Positions 9,155 through 18,972 of a stretch of 64,000 nucleotides of DNA are shown in pieces. Position 1 is the stretch's first letter, and each line of letters starts with the position of its first letter. Made by a program: the position numbers and the translations under genes. The DNA is from a virus. The notes beneath the pieces are model-generated. The model did not search any database. It saw nothing but the letters and a program-made list of their open reading frames with translations, and was not told the origin of the DNA. The stretch is from positions 45,758-109,757 of IMG/VR virus record IMGVR_UViG_3300027759_000003; one strand, 5' to 3'.

Positions 9155-9408
9155 AATCAATACTTTACTTTACGGCAGACTGGTGTCAGCCTTGTAAGAA
9201 AGTAAAGCCAATTGTTGAAGAATTAAATAGAGAATATTTTCCTGGTATTTTTCAAATAGTTGATGTAGATATAGAAAGTGAAATGGCTAAAACTTTTGAA
9301 ATTCGTTCTGTGCCAACATTTATTTTATTTAAAGACGGTAAAGAAATTAATAAAATAATTGGATCACAGACCAAACAATCATTATTGGAGTTTATTGGAA
9401 ATGAATAA
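9151..9408 (+). CDS. trxA: Thioredoxin
   Basis: WCQPC active site, VDVD, SVPTF. Confidence 0.92.
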   Translation: MKSILYFTADWCQPCKKVKPIVEELNREYFPGIFQIVDVDIESEMAKTFEIRSVPTFILFKDGKEINKIIGSQTKQSLLEFIGNE

Positions 9409-9736
9409 CGAAGAAGAAAAAATAATTGAAAAACTTATTCTTGATGGTGGATTAGAAACTGTAGGGGTTGACCAAGAAACTGGAGAACTTTTATACTCTT
9501 TTACTCCTAAGATTAAAAATCTTATGCCTAATTTATATAATGAGCACATAACAGATGTTAATTCTTGTGTTATGAAATTATGGGAAAAGGGGTTTTTAGA
9601 AATAGATTTCTTTGCTTCAGAACCCATTATTACCCTATCTGAAAAAGCCTTTGATCGTGATGCAGTAGAGGGTTTATCTAAAAAAGACAGGTGGAATCTT
9701 TTTGAAATCATACGGCTTTTGAATCCTAAAACCTGA
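9401..9736 (+). CDS. Hypothetical protein (possible winged helix)
   Basis: ORF coupled to trx; ATG 9401. Confidence 0.65.
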   Translation: MNNEEEKIIEKLILDGGLETVGVDQETGELLYSFTPKIKNLMPNLYNEHITDVNSCVMKLWEKGFLEIDFFASEPIITLSEKAFDRDAVEGLSKKDRWNLFEIIRLLNPKT

Positions 9737-9765
9737 TATAATCTATATATAGCCTAGGAGGTTTT

Positions 9766-10569
9766 ATGTCAGTAAACGAAGATAAAAATGTGCCAATCTC
9801 AAAATCAATGGTAGCAGAGGGTGACTTTGTTATGTTTGTTCATGAGGATGATGGCATTATGGCTGGTCGTATTGAATATGTTATGACTAATCCTGGTTTA
9901 CTTGGTCTTCCTGGTTCTGAATACTCAATGGAATATGCTGAAGATGACAAACCAGTTATTGTTCGTGCTTATAAAGAAGAAGATGGCGCATGGGAAGAAC
10001 AGGCATATGTTTTTTATCATCGCATGTCAGAAGTTATAAAAATTGAATCACTATCTGTTTCAGTTGACATGGTTGTAGAAATGGGATCAAATGGAACTGG
10101 TATTCCAACAATCCCATCGCAATCTGATATGGAAAACATGTATGCTGTTCAGGTAAGCAAATCCTACAACTCAGATAATGAAGATGAAGACAAGTGGGAC
10201 AATATGACAAAAGCATGTTGGGTTGGATATGAACAACGTGGCATGAAAGAAAAAGGTGGACGCATGGTTCCTAATTGTGTTCCTGTTAACAAACTAAAAG
10301 AAATGGAAAATGAAATGGCAAAAGCAAAACCTAATTATGGAGATTTTATTAAACCACGTAGGGGTGGATCAACACCATCAGATCCTAAACTATATGCAAG
10401 AGTTGTGCAAGCAGCAAAAGATAAGTTTGACGTTTATCCGTCTGCAGTAGCAAATTCTTGGGTAGTACAAGAATATAAGCGTCGTGGCGGTACATACAAA
10501 TCAGAGTCACAATCTACAACAAAAAGTATTTGGGATGGATCTTTTAATCCTTTAAGGTTTGAAAAATAA
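9766..10569 (+). CDS. Multi-module hypothetical phage protein
   Basis: GGAGG RBS; contains CWVGY..KGGRMVPNCVP and YPSAVANSWVVQEYKRRGG modules common in phage head-associated proteins. Confidence 0.75.
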   Translation: MSVNEDKNVPISKSMVAEGDFVMFVHEDDGIMAGRIEYVMTNPGLLGLPGSEYSMEYAEDDKPVIVRAYKEEDGAWEEQAYVFYHRMSEVIKIESLSVSVDMVVEMGSNGTGIPTIPSQSDMENMYAVQVSKSYNSDNEDEDKWDNMTKACWVGYEQRGMKEKGGRMVPNCVPVNKLKEMENEMAKAKPNYGDFIKPRRGGSTPSDPKLYARVVQAAKDKFDVYPSAVANSWVVQEYKRRGGTYKSESQSTTKSIWDGSFNPLRFEK

Positions 10570-10709
10570 TGACAAAGAAAAAAACAACAGCATTCAATCC
10601 TACACAAATAAAAAATGGTAGGATTGTTCGTTTAAGAAAAGACGGTACCATAAAAACAGATCTTGGTCCGTATCCAAAAACAAAGGCAGGGGTAACTAAT
10701 GGCAAATAA
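10569..10709 (+). CDS. Small basic protein (46 aa)
   Basis: TAATG coupling; MTKKKTTAFNPTQIKNGRIVRLRKDG; below the ORF-track cutoff. Confidence 0.6.
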   Translation: MTKKKTTAFNPTQIKNGRIVRLRKDGTIKTDLGPYPKTKAGVTNGK

Positions 10710-10809
10710 AGAACAAAAAGGTAATGCTAATACAAAAAAAGAGCCTAAGATGACTCTTAAAGAAAAACGTGTTGCTAAACAACAAAAACGGGATAAGAAA
10801 AATGGCTGA
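10699..10809 (+). CDS. Small Lys-rich protein (36 aa)
   Basis: MANKEQKG...MTLKEKRVAKQQKR; overlaps both neighbours. Confidence 0.55.
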   Translation: MANKEQKGNANTKKEPKMTLKEKRVAKQQKRDKKNG

Positions 10810-11173
10810 TACATACACTCCTACTTCTGGTATGAAGGCTGCTGCTCGTCGTGCATTGAAGTGGAAAGAAGATGGTAAGGCAACTGGCGCAGGAACTCCA
10901 GTAGGCTGGGGTCGTGCAACTGATATTGTAAATGGATCAGCAATGTCTCTTAGTACTGTTAAAAGAATGTTTTCTTTCTTTTCCCGTCACGAAGTAGATA
11001 AAAAAGGCAAAGGTTTTTATGATGGTCCAGAGTTCCCTTCTAACGGCAGAATTATGTGGGATGCTTGGGGTGGTGATGCAGGATTTTCATGGAGCCGTGC
11101 AATTGTGGAAAGAGAAAAAAAACAAGTAGAAAAGGTTTGGGCAGATAGCCCATTTAATTTAAGGAAGGGGTAA
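10802..11173 (+). CDS. Conserved phage hypothetical domain (often fused to head-morphogenesis proteins)
   Basis: GTPVGWGRA...TVKRMFSFFSRH...IMWDAWGGDAG. Confidence 0.75.
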   Translation: MADTYTPTSGMKAAARRALKWKEDGKATGAGTPVGWGRATDIVNGSAMSLSTVKRMFSFFSRHEVDKKGKGFYDGPEFPSNGRIMWDAWGGDAGFSWSRAIVEREKKQVEKVWADSPFNLRKG

Positions 11174-11176
11174 AAA

Positions 11177-11335
11177 GTGGAGGACTTAACCATTGAAGAA
11201 GTAAAACAATTAGTTGTATTTTATAAACAAAAATCTTCAGATCTTGAGTTTAATTTATTGCAAATGCAAATAAAGTTAAATAGGACTATGTCTGTTGAAA
11301 ATTCAGTAGAAGCAAAACCAGTAATTAAAAAGTAG
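11177..11335 (+). CDS. Small coiled-coil protein
   Basis: GTG start after AAGGGG; 52 aa. Confidence 0.55.
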   Translation: MEDLTIEEVKQLVVFYKQKSSDLEFNLLQMQIKLNRTMSVENSVEAKPVIKK

Positions 11336-11348
11336 ATTGGTCTGAATA

Positions 11349-11768
11349 ATGCAAGAGTTAATAGTCTTAGGCTTGACATTGGCTCTTGCTTGGTTTATAC
11401 TTAGAGTAGGTAAAAGAAATAAAGAAAAACCTTTTTCTAGAACTTTGCATAAACAAAGTGATACGCATAGGTTAATGAAATTATTTTTTTCCATGCCTAT
11501 ATCAAATAACCAGCAAAACCTTTCTCAATTGACAAAACATAAAGAAAAGGGTATGATTAAGGTTATTGTTTTAGGCAACGAAGCATATTGGATATCTAAT
11601 CATATTTTTTATGTTGCAGAGGCTGTAGACGGTGAGGTACAACGCCACACCGCTAAACCAATAGATACTAGTACTTTATCAAAAGGTGACTTAGATAAAA
11701 TGCTTTTTATATTAGATAGTTTAAGGGATGGAAAAAGAGATGATCGTGGCAGTTCAGGGCACAAGTGA
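11349..11768 (+). CDS. Membrane-anchored hypothetical protein
   Basis: N-terminal TM segment. Confidence 0.7.
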   Translation: MQELIVLGLTLALAWFILRVGKRNKEKPFSRTLHKQSDTHRLMKLFFSMPISNNQQNLSQLTKHKEKGMIKVIVLGNEAYWISNHIFYVAEAVDGEVQRHTAKPIDTSTLSKGDLDKMLFILDSLRDGKRDDRGSSGHK

Positions 11769-12090
11769 GTTTAATGATTACAACGTATTCATTCGCTCTA
11801 TGGGTGTTGCCATGTCAAACATGCATAAAGACGATACAGAGTTTGTAATTTACTCTGCTGGTCCTGCTAAAATAAATTCTTTTGTTTCTGAGTTTTCTAA
11901 TTTATCTGAAAGAGGAATGAAAGCAAGAGGAAAAAAGATTAAATTTTATAAAGTTGCTCCAGTTTGGATGCAAGAAAATTTAGATCAAATTAACTACTTT
12001 GCTTTCTTAAGTAAGCCTAATGAAAAAACTTCAAAATTAGTTTCAGAGGCACAGTTAAAAAATGTAGAAGTTGGTATATTTAAATACTAG
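11740..12090 (+). CDS. YspA/SLOG-like hypothetical protein
   Basis: IVAVQGTSEFNDY resembles the SLOG N-terminal motif. Confidence 0.5.
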   Translation: MIVAVQGTSEFNDYNVFIRSMGVAMSNMHKDDTEFVIYSAGPAKINSFVSEFSNLSERGMKARGKKIKFYKVAPVWMQENLDQINYFAFLSKPNEKTSKLVSEAQLKNVEVGIFKY

Positions 12091-12099
12091 GGGGTATTT

Positions 12100-12309
12100 A
12101 TGTTTATTAGAAGTTTGAATACTATGGAAAAAATTATTTCCAAAAATAATAATTTACTTTGGAATGGTTGGGATGTTATTGATTTAAAAGAATCTGACAT
12201 TGCAAAAACATCTCCAATGGGTATTAGAGTTAAAGATAAGTGGTACATCCACAAAGTTTATTCTCCTGGTCGTAATGGGTGGGATATACCAAACAAGTAT
12301 CGAGAGTAA
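12100..12309 (+). CDS. Hypothetical protein
   Basis: ORF with GGGG RBS. Confidence 0.7.
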   Translation: MFIRSLNTMEKIISKNNNLLWNGWDVIDLKESDIAKTSPMGIRVKDKWYIHKVYSPGRNGWDIPNKYRE

Positions 12310-12311
12310 TT

Positions 12312-12596
12312 ATGAAACAGCATTTATGGAAAGATGACGCAATTTGTTTAGGTCTTGATACAAATATTTATTTTGATAAATATGAAGACAACGAATCTGG
12401 TAGGGCAATTGTTGATTCAATGTGCCAGCAATGTCCAGTAGCAAAAACATGCTTTGCAGTAGGCATCTCTGGTAAAGAGTGGGGTGTTTGGGGTGGAGTA
12501 TATCTAGAAGGTGGAGAAGTATCTAGAGAGTTTAACAAGCATAAGACTAAAGAAGATTGGTCCAATACCTGGCAATCTTTAACAATGGAAAAATAA
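12312..12596 (+). CDS. whiB: WhiB-family Fe-S transcription factor
   Basis: Four Cys (C...CQQCPVAKTC) and the GVWGG motif. Confidence 0.9.
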   Translation: MKQHLWKDDAICLGLDTNIYFDKYEDNESGRAIVDSMCQQCPVAKTCFAVGISGKEWGVWGGVYLEGGEVSREFNKHKTKEDWSNTWQSLTMEK

Positions 12597-12829
12597 TGTA
12601 TACAGATAAAATGAAAATGGCATTTCATTCTATTCCAGCCCCTAAAAATTTCAAGGTAGAAATTATTGATAACGAACATTTTATAACCATTAAGGCTAAT
12701 GAGGATATGTTTATGCGTCTATTTGACACAGAGAAGCGACATGCTGTAGAATATATGGTAAGAGTAAAAAAGGCTTTAGAGGATAATGGGGCAATTGTAA
12801 TGATTACTAGGGAGGCTATTAAAAAATGA
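12596..12829 (+). CDS. Hypothetical protein
   Basis: TAATG coupling to whiB. Confidence 0.7.
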   Translation: MYTDKMKMAFHSIPAPKNFKVEIIDNEHFITIKANEDMFMRLFDTEKRHAVEYMVRVKKALEDNGAIVMITREAIKK

Positions 12830-13248
12830 AAGATGCTATTTTAATATTTTCTATAGTGCTATCAGTGTCATTTGCTATATCCTATATGGCGGTTTTGCAT
12901 CAATTAAGAAACCTTAAACTATCATTTGCTAAATTATTCTTAGAGAATATAACGCTAATTGATAATGCTGAAAAGTTACAATCTTCAAGAGAGTTATCTG
13001 AAAATGATATACATAGAGAAAATTTTATAAAGTTTTTATCTGATTCTAGAGACTGGGCTTTTACTTATATAGAAGATGTTCAAAATGGTTTAACTAAGTT
13101 TGTTGAAGAAATTGATCCAAGCATTAACTATTTCTCAGATTTTAGTACAATGTCAGAAGGCAATCCATTACATAATGAGATGAAAATAATATCTAATGCC
13201 TATAAAGATTTAAAAAAGTTTTTACCAGAAAATGTAGAAGATAAATGA
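12826..13248 (+). CDS. Membrane-anchored hypothetical protein
   Basis: N-terminal TM segment, FIKFLSDSRDWAF. Confidence 0.7.
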   Translation: MKDAILIFSIVLSVSFAISYMAVLHQLRNLKLSFAKLFLENITLIDNAEKLQSSRELSENDIHRENFIKFLSDSRDWAFTYIEDVQNGLTKFVEEIDPSINYFSDFSTMSEGNPLHNEMKIISNAYKDLKKFLPENVEDK

Positions 13249-13403
13249 AAACTATACTTCTATCAACACTAACAGGTTTTGGGTGCGGTCTCGTGTTTGC
13301 TGCATTCAAATTGCCAGTACCAGCACCACCAGTTTTTGCGGGAGTCGCAGGAATTATTGGGATTTGGATTGGCTTTACAACAATGACACAAATTATATCC
13401 TAG
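13245..13403 (+). CDS. XapX/DUF1427-family small membrane protein
   Basis: Not in ORF track: MKTILLSTLTGFGCGLVFAAFKLPVPAPPVFAGVAGIIGIWIG; LPVPAPP signature. Confidence 0.8.
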   Translation: MKTILLSTLTGFGCGLVFAAFKLPVPAPPVFAGVAGIIGIWIGFTTMTQIIS

Positions 13404-13411
13404 GAGGAATA

Positions 13412-13678
13412 ATGAATAACTTAATTAATGATAAGACAAAGGCAATGCTAGCGTCATATGGTCGCTCAGTTCTTGCATCAGGTCTTGCACTATACATGGC
13501 AGGCGTAACAGATCCAAAGGATCTATGGGCTGCACTAGTTGCTGCTATAGCACCCGTTGCATTGAGAGCGCTCAATCCAAATGATAAAGCGTTTGGTATT
13601 TTACCTGATGCTGCTGAGGTTGCAAAGGCTTTAAAGGCTGCAAAAGCACCTTTAAAAAAGGCTGCTAAAAAGAAGTAA
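13412..13678 (+). CDS. Putative holin
   Basis: AGGAGG RBS before ATG 13412; two TM segments, RALNPND motif, basic tail. Confidence 0.6.
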   Translation: MNNLINDKTKAMLASYGRSVLASGLALYMAGVTDPKDLWAALVAAIAPVALRALNPNDKAFGILPDAAEVAKALKAAKAPLKKAAKKK

Positions 13679-13695
13679 ACAATCTTCTATAAGAT

Positions 13696-13727
13696 AGCCA
13701 GTCTAGAAATAGGCTGGCTTTTCTTTT
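13696..13727. terminator. Terminator between convergent transcription units
   Basis: AGCCAGTCTA-GAAA-TAGGCTGGCT plus T-tract. Confidence 0.85.
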
Positions 13728-14763
13728 ATTTGTTTATAATTTCTAAGTATTTTTGTTTTAATTTATCTATAGAAAAGTTTTCTAAACCAATTGATAATGC
13801 TTTTTCTTTAAATTCTTTTTTATTATTATTTTTAATATATCTATCAACTATGTTTGCAAATTTATCTGGAACAATATTATAAATATCAACCATTGACTTT
13901 GTTCTAAATGATCCTATCTTTGTTGATTCTACTAACCAATCTTCAGGCAATATTGTATTATTTGGAGATACATTAGTCATAAAAACTGGCAGGGCACTCA
14001 TAAGAGCCTCATTCATAGGTAAACAAAGACCAGCATACCTTCTAGGCAGAATCATTGCATCAAAGCCATCATACATGTCTTCCCTACTGGCTGGATTACC
14101 TATTTCAATCTTTACCCTAGAATCTTTACAGTTTGTATCAATTGGGGTTTGGGATTTAATTACTAATTCGTAATCTTCTTTAGAATGCTTGACCATCTCA
14201 AAAATACTTTCAGTTCCATTTCTATCTTTTGCAGCCTTTTTACCAGCAATATGAAGTATACGGTTGTGATCTTTTGAAAGATTATTGTCTTTTGCTTTAT
14301 TAAATAAAGACTCATTTGTTGGTGGTGGTAAATGAATTACATCACATGCAGAGCCAAACCTTTCTTTTACTATGTCTATATTCCAAAGACTAGGAGATAG
14401 CAATACATCTGGTAATGACCAGTTAGGGTTTGTTAAGTTACCAAAAAGTTCGTAGTTGTATTGAAGAATAGTCTTTGTTCCTTGTTGCCTAGCAAGATCT
14501 ACAAGGTCTAAATGATAAAAGGTTTCACAACTAATTACTACATCAACATCTTTTAAAAACCAAATAATTTCTTTTGTTGTTGGCATACCTCCCCTAGTTG
14601 AGTAAAAATTATAACCTTCATACCATTCAGGATGCTGTTTATTTTTATTAAACGGGGCAGAGTCAATTAAAAGAATCTTATCAGGATTAAGCATATTAAC
14701 TAACTCTCTAGTCTGATTGCCAAGACCAGTGTTGTCTGATCTTGCTATGATTCCTAGTCTCAT
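13726..14763 (-). CDS. GT-B glycosyltransferase (GT4-like)
   Basis: TGLG N-terminal loop; LPRRYAGLCLPMNEALMSALPV nucleotide-binding motif. Confidence 0.85.
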   Translation of the reverse strand: MRLGIIARSDNTGLGNQTRELVNMLNPDKILLIDSAPFNKNKQHPEWYEGYNFYSTRGGMPTTKEIIWFLKDVDVVISCETFYHLDLVDLARQQGTKTILQYNYELFGNLTNPNWSLPDVLLSPSLWNIDIVKERFGSACDVIHLPPPTNESLFNKAKDNNLSKDHNRILHIAGKKAAKDRNGTESIFEMVKHSKEDYELVIKSQTPIDTNCKDSRVKIEIGNPASREDMYDGFDAMILPRRYAGLCLPMNEALMSALPVFMTNVSPNNTILPEDWLVESTKIGSFRTKSMVDIYNIVPDKFANIVDRYIKNNNKKEFKEKALSIGLENFSIDKLKQKYLEIINK

Positions 14764-15521
14764 TCTTTATACCCCCAAGTTTCATCGTCTACCGTAAATT
14801 TGCGGGTACCTTGACGACCATCTAAATGATAAGAACGTTTAATGTTTTCTTCAGGATGATAAATCCAAAGTTTATGAGTCTCCCAACCTTCTTGATTAAA
14901 CTCCCCATATGGAGATATATCATCTTGAATTGCTCCATGAAATGTATCTTCTATAAAAAATTTATCTTTACATCTTGGAAGCACAATGTCTTTATAATAT
15001 TGTTTTCTACTTAGATGTGGTCGTTGACTCCATTGTATAGTTTTCATAAACCCATCTTCTAAACCAAACATAAGGTGTTCGTGATCTTTTGGTATAAATG
15101 CTTCAAAATGAAAACGAATAGTATTTGCTTTATTGTATTCAAACATGTCCAAACATTTATCCCAGTCTATAGGTGTGTCTGGAGTTAATGGAGCGTCTCC
15201 TTCAACATAAAGCAATAGTGGTGTTTTAATTTCATTAATTGTTTTACGCATCATGTTGGTTTGATGGCTATGCTCTTTAAATATAAAAGGTAATATGTTT
15301 TTATCTTCATGTAAACATTTCCACAAAATACGATTTTTGTATTCATCGTAATCTTTTTTACGATCTTGTTGTTCTTCCCTAAGACCATCTATTTGCATAA
15401 TAATTTCGTTGTCTGGAAAATGAGCACGAACATCACTAATAGTTTGATCTATCATTTTTGTGCTTGGATGATCTGTAATTACAGAAGTAGCCATGACAAT
15501 TGTTATATCTTTTTTATGCAT
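14760..15521 (-). CDS. GT-A-like glycosyltransferase
   Basis: ITIVMATS, QIDG, LLLYVEGD, SYHLDG. Confidence 0.65.
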   Translation of the reverse strand: MHKKDITIVMATSVITDHPSTKMIDQTISDVRAHFPDNEIIMQIDGLREEQQDRKKDYDEYKNRILWKCLHEDKNILPFIFKEHSHQTNMMRKTINEIKTPLLLYVEGDAPLTPDTPIDWDKCLDMFEYNKANTIRFHFEAFIPKDHEHLMFGLEDGFMKTIQWSQRPHLSRKQYYKDIVLPRCKDKFFIEDTFHGAIQDDISPYGEFNQEGWETHKLWIYHPEENIKRSYHLDGRQGTRKFTVDDETWGYKE

Positions 15522-16368
15522 TTACTTGCCTCATTAATTTAATAAAAAGATCTCTTTTATATTTAATCCACCAACAAACAATCTGATGCATTTCAGATGT
15601 ATAATTATTTAATAGTTCAGGTAACAAGTCAACCAAGTGATTCCAATTATCAACAGTTTTTACTGAATGATTATCTTCAAATACAAAATTAAAAAAATCT
15701 GTATTTTGCATTTTTGAGTCTAACTTATCTCCTATAGGCAAGCAAAGCATTTCAATTGCTTCATAAAATCTAAATGAATCAATAACCATCGCCCCGCTAG
15801 GGCAAGGAACAATCTTTGATAAAGACATTTTGTCATAGTATTGTTTTGGTTTTAGTCCTTCTGCAAAACCAGTAGTTGGATTATAAAAAGAATTAGGTAT
15901 GTTAGGCATAACAGTTGCAAGTTCTTGTCTTCGTTGATGAGTTATTTGTCCTGAAAAAAATACATCATATGATTTATCTTGATATTTTGGTAAATGTTTA
16001 TGCAAATCTCTTGGCACACCCAACGCTAATTTATTATATTGCGAATGTTTTCTGTGCGGGTATTGAACCCAAATCTCAATATTTTTATGTTTTATTTTAT
16101 CAACTTTAAATGTAGCACTTTCATCTCCAGTAATAAACAAAATAACTCTATCTATCTTGTTTAACTCTTCAGATATTTGATCTTCATAGTCTACATTTTG
16201 TGGTCCAGGAATAACAACAAAGGCTCTATCTGTGTTAGGTAAGGTTGTTACCTTATCTGGTTTAATATTATTTTTATTAAAAAATTGTTTTAATAAACCG
16301 TAATCCCATTTATCAGCAGCACAGTCTTCTTGTTTAACTGAATAAAGATATGCTTTAAGATCGCTCAT
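15514..16368 (-). CDS. Exostosin/GT47-like glycosyltransferase
   Basis: DVFFSGQ...RR, KIVPCPSG, SFRFYEAIEMLCLPI. Confidence 0.7.
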   Translation of the reverse strand: MSDLKAYLYSVKQEDCAADKWDYGLLKQFFNKNNIKPDKVTTLPNTDRAFVVIPGPQNVDYEDQISEELNKIDRVILFITGDESATFKVDKIKHKNIEIWVQYPHRKHSQYNKLALGVPRDLHKHLPKYQDKSYDVFFSGQITHQRRQELATVMPNIPNSFYNPTTGFAEGLKPKQYYDKMSLSKIVPCPSGAMVIDSFRFYEAIEMLCLPIGDKLDSKMQNTDFFNFVFEDNHSVKTVDNWNHLVDLLPELLNNYTSEMHQIVCWWIKYKRDLFIKLMRQVNA

Positions 16369-17068
16369 AATATAAGTGTACTTCATGTTGATAGTCAAGC
16401 AATGTTTCTTTGTAGCCAATACCCTTAATAAACTGTCTTAAATCATGCAAATATTCTTTCCAATACATCATCATAAATTCTGGGTGTCCAGATAGCCAAA
16501 TCTTAGGTTTGTGCTCTCTAAGGACCCTTTCAGCCCCTCCTAGGACCCTCCATTCACTACCCTCAACATCAAGAGAAATTGCAGTAGGCGGCTTCATTCC
16601 TTTTTCATATACAAGCGTATCAATTTTTGTTTGACCATATTTATCTGCTTCATACTGCAGTTCTTTAAATCCATGAGCAGCCTCAATAGGAGCATCTGCT
16701 TCTGGTGGAAACTCGCCATAATAAATACGTGCAAGTTTATTATCTTTATCTGATGCAAACCCAGGAATACATGCAATTGGTTTTTCTAAATTATTAGCAC
16801 TCCAAAGCAAAGGAAAGTGTGACCAAACCTTTGGATTAGGTTCAAATAAAACAACTTCTGCTCCCCACATTTGACATAGGGCAGGCATTTCTCCTTCTTC
16901 TGCTCCAACATAGTAAACAACATCGCCTTTACCAATATTTTCATGCATTGATTTTAATCTAATTTTTTCCCAACCATGTGGTTGATACCATTCTGGTCTA
17001 TCTGCACGATGCTTTGGTAACATTATTTCAAATTCCCCGTTAACAGTAGCCTTAATCATTTCAGTCAT
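16355..17068 (-). CDS. FkbM-family SAM-dependent methyltransferase
   Basis: YVGAEEG, FEPNP, ISLDVEGSEWRVLGG. Confidence 0.88.
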   Translation of the reverse strand: MTEMIKATVNGEFEIMLPKHRADRPEWYQPHGWEKIRLKSMHENIGKGDVVYYVGAEEGEMPALCQMWGAEVVLFEPNPKVWSHFPLLWSANNLEKPIACIPGFASDKDNKLARIYYGEFPPEADAPIEAAHGFKELQYEADKYGQTKIDTLVYEKGMKPPTAISLDVEGSEWRVLGGAERVLREHKPKIWLSGHPEFMMMYWKEYLHDLRQFIKGIGYKETLLDYQHEVHLYYERS

Positions 17069-17948
17069 TTTGTATCCACTCTACTAATGATACCTTTGGT
17101 ATCCATCCAGTTAGATCTTTAAACTTGGCGTTAGAGGCAAGAGTTTCTTGCACTTCACCAATTCTTGGCGGTATAAATTTAATATCATTTGAAATCATAT
17201 TAGCAATATCAAGTATAGCGTAGTTACTTCCATACCCAATGTTATATACTTCACCAAACCCACTTTTAACTTCAGATGCAAGTATGTTTGCTTGTACTAC
17301 GTCTGATATATGGGTAAAATCTCTACGCTGAGAACCATCTCCAACTACTGTTAGTGGCTTTGACTCATGATGTTGTTTAAAAAATAGTCCTATTACTGGT
17401 GCATACTGCCCCTTTAATGGTTGTCTATCTCCGTAAACATTAAAATATCTAAGCGATATAGTCTTTAATCCGTAAAGGTTGTGATAAACTCTTGCAAGGT
17501 TTTCACCAAAGACTTTAGCAGCAGAATATGGGGTTAATGGATCAGGTGATTGTGTTTCTTGGTTTGGAAGCAAAGCCTTTTTGCCATAAGAAGAGGATGT
17601 GCTTGAATAGATTAGTCTATCTACCTTGTTAACCCTGCAAAGTTCAAGAACATTGGCTGTTCCTACTGCGTTTGATTGAATAGATTTTTTTGGATTTAAT
17701 ATTGCTGGCTGTATTCTTGCATCAGATGCTACGTGAAATACGCAGTCAACATCTTTAAAGAGTGGTGCAATTAGGTCATAATCACAAATGTCATGCTTAT
17801 AATTTTGTGCTTTATCATTCCAATAGAACTGCTCATGACATTCTGCAGACTCATCATCAATGCAAATAACATCGTGACCAAGACTAATTAACTTATCAAC
17901 AAGGTTTGATCCAATAAAACCAGCACCACCAGTAACTAAATATTTCAT
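17061..17948 (-). CDS. NAD-dependent nucleotide-sugar epimerase/dehydratase
   Basis: VTGGAGFIGS, YSAAK (YxxxK), LRYFNVYG, RDFTHISD. Confidence 0.93.
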   Translation of the reverse strand: MKYLVTGGAGFIGSNLVDKLISLGHDVICIDDESAECHEQFYWNDKAQNYKHDICDYDLIAPLFKDVDCVFHVASDARIQPAILNPKKSIQSNAVGTANVLELCRVNKVDRLIYSSTSSSYGKKALLPNQETQSPDPLTPYSAAKVFGENLARVYHNLYGLKTISLRYFNVYGDRQPLKGQYAPVIGLFFKQHHESKPLTVVGDGSQRRDFTHISDVVQANILASEVKSGFGEVYNIGYGSNYAILDIANMISNDIKFIPPRIGEVQETLASNAKFKDLTGWIPKVSLVEWIQND

Positions 17949-18904
17949 TTTATGTTTAGAGTTTCTAATATGCTTGCCCATCTATGAACATATGTATGTT
18001 CTTTTTTAGTCCGCTCATGACCAGCAATCCTTATTTCTTCTCTGGTTAATCCATCTAAGATGTAGTAATCTATTTTTTGTTTAAGGTCTTCAAGATTACC
18101 ATGCTCATAAAATATAATTTCTTTACCATCTTCAAAATATTTATCAAGTCCTTTGATGCGGGGATAGATAGTAAAACCACCACGACCAGTGCTTTCAAAT
18201 AGTCTATCGCTTGTATAGTATGGATAGTTAAAGTTTATGTTTAAACTATCACCTATGGCTACTTTGCTTCTTGCATAGATGCGATTAAGCGCTTCTCCAC
18301 GCACAGTTCCAGTATCTCCATCGCCACCAACATGTAGGAATCTTTTACCGTATGTTTTTCGTAAGAAATCTATTAGTTGTGGACGGTATTTATGCTCATG
18401 GTGATACCCTTTGCTACCAACAAAAATTATGTCATGCTCAAAGTTGTGTGGATCGTAATCTTGATGAACGTAGCATTCTTTATCATATACACCAGCAGGT
18501 AAGAAATGTCCTTTAACTTCTGTATTTTCATTAAACCAATCACACATTAACTTATCTGTAGCAAAAAAGTGACCTATATTTGTGTAGAAATCATCATTCT
18601 TTAAATCTTTTTCACGCTCAATTCCAAACCACAAATCCAAGTGATAAGTCATAGTTGGTATGCCAGCAGCCTTTAATTCTTTTAGTACATCAGTCATAGA
18701 TCTAGATCCTGGAGTCTGCCATCTATGTGTGTGTACCCAGATAAATAGATTAGAGTTTAATGCTGCGTTTAATATTTCTGTGCTACCTGCTTTTTTTTCT
18801 TGCAGTTTTTTCACGGTATGCCCAAGAGATTCCAAAGACTTAGCATGATGATTCTCACTACTATAAGGCACTTCAAAGTTGCCTAGAAATACTATATTAG
18901 CCAA
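17945..18904 (-). CDS. YkvP/CgeB-like glycosyltransferase
   Basis: DIIFVGS, SDRLFE, REEIRIAGHERTKKEHTYVHR. Confidence 0.85.
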   Translation of the reverse strand: MANIVFLGNFEVPYSSENHHAKSLESLGHTVKKLQEKKAGSTEILNAALNSNLFIWVHTHRWQTPGSRSMTDVLKELKAAGIPTMTYHLDLWFGIEREKDLKNDDFYTNIGHFFATDKLMCDWFNENTEVKGHFLPAGVYDKECYVHQDYDPHNFEHDIIFVGSKGYHHEHKYRPQLIDFLRKTYGKRFLHVGGDGDTGTVRGEALNRIYARSKVAIGDSLNINFNYPYYTSDRLFESTGRGGFTIYPRIKGLDKYFEDGKEIIFYEHGNLEDLKQKIDYYILDGLTREEIRIAGHERTKKEHTYVHRWASILETLNIK

Positions 18905-18972
18905 GGATCCCGCCCATTCTGTGTTTATAACAGTATACCAGATTCTGATATACTTATAAGAAAGCGGGGTAT

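Noticed and set aside
13283-13411. N-terminal extension of the holin ORF in the track
   Set aside because: The region encodes the XapX protein in another frame; the RBS supports ATG 13412
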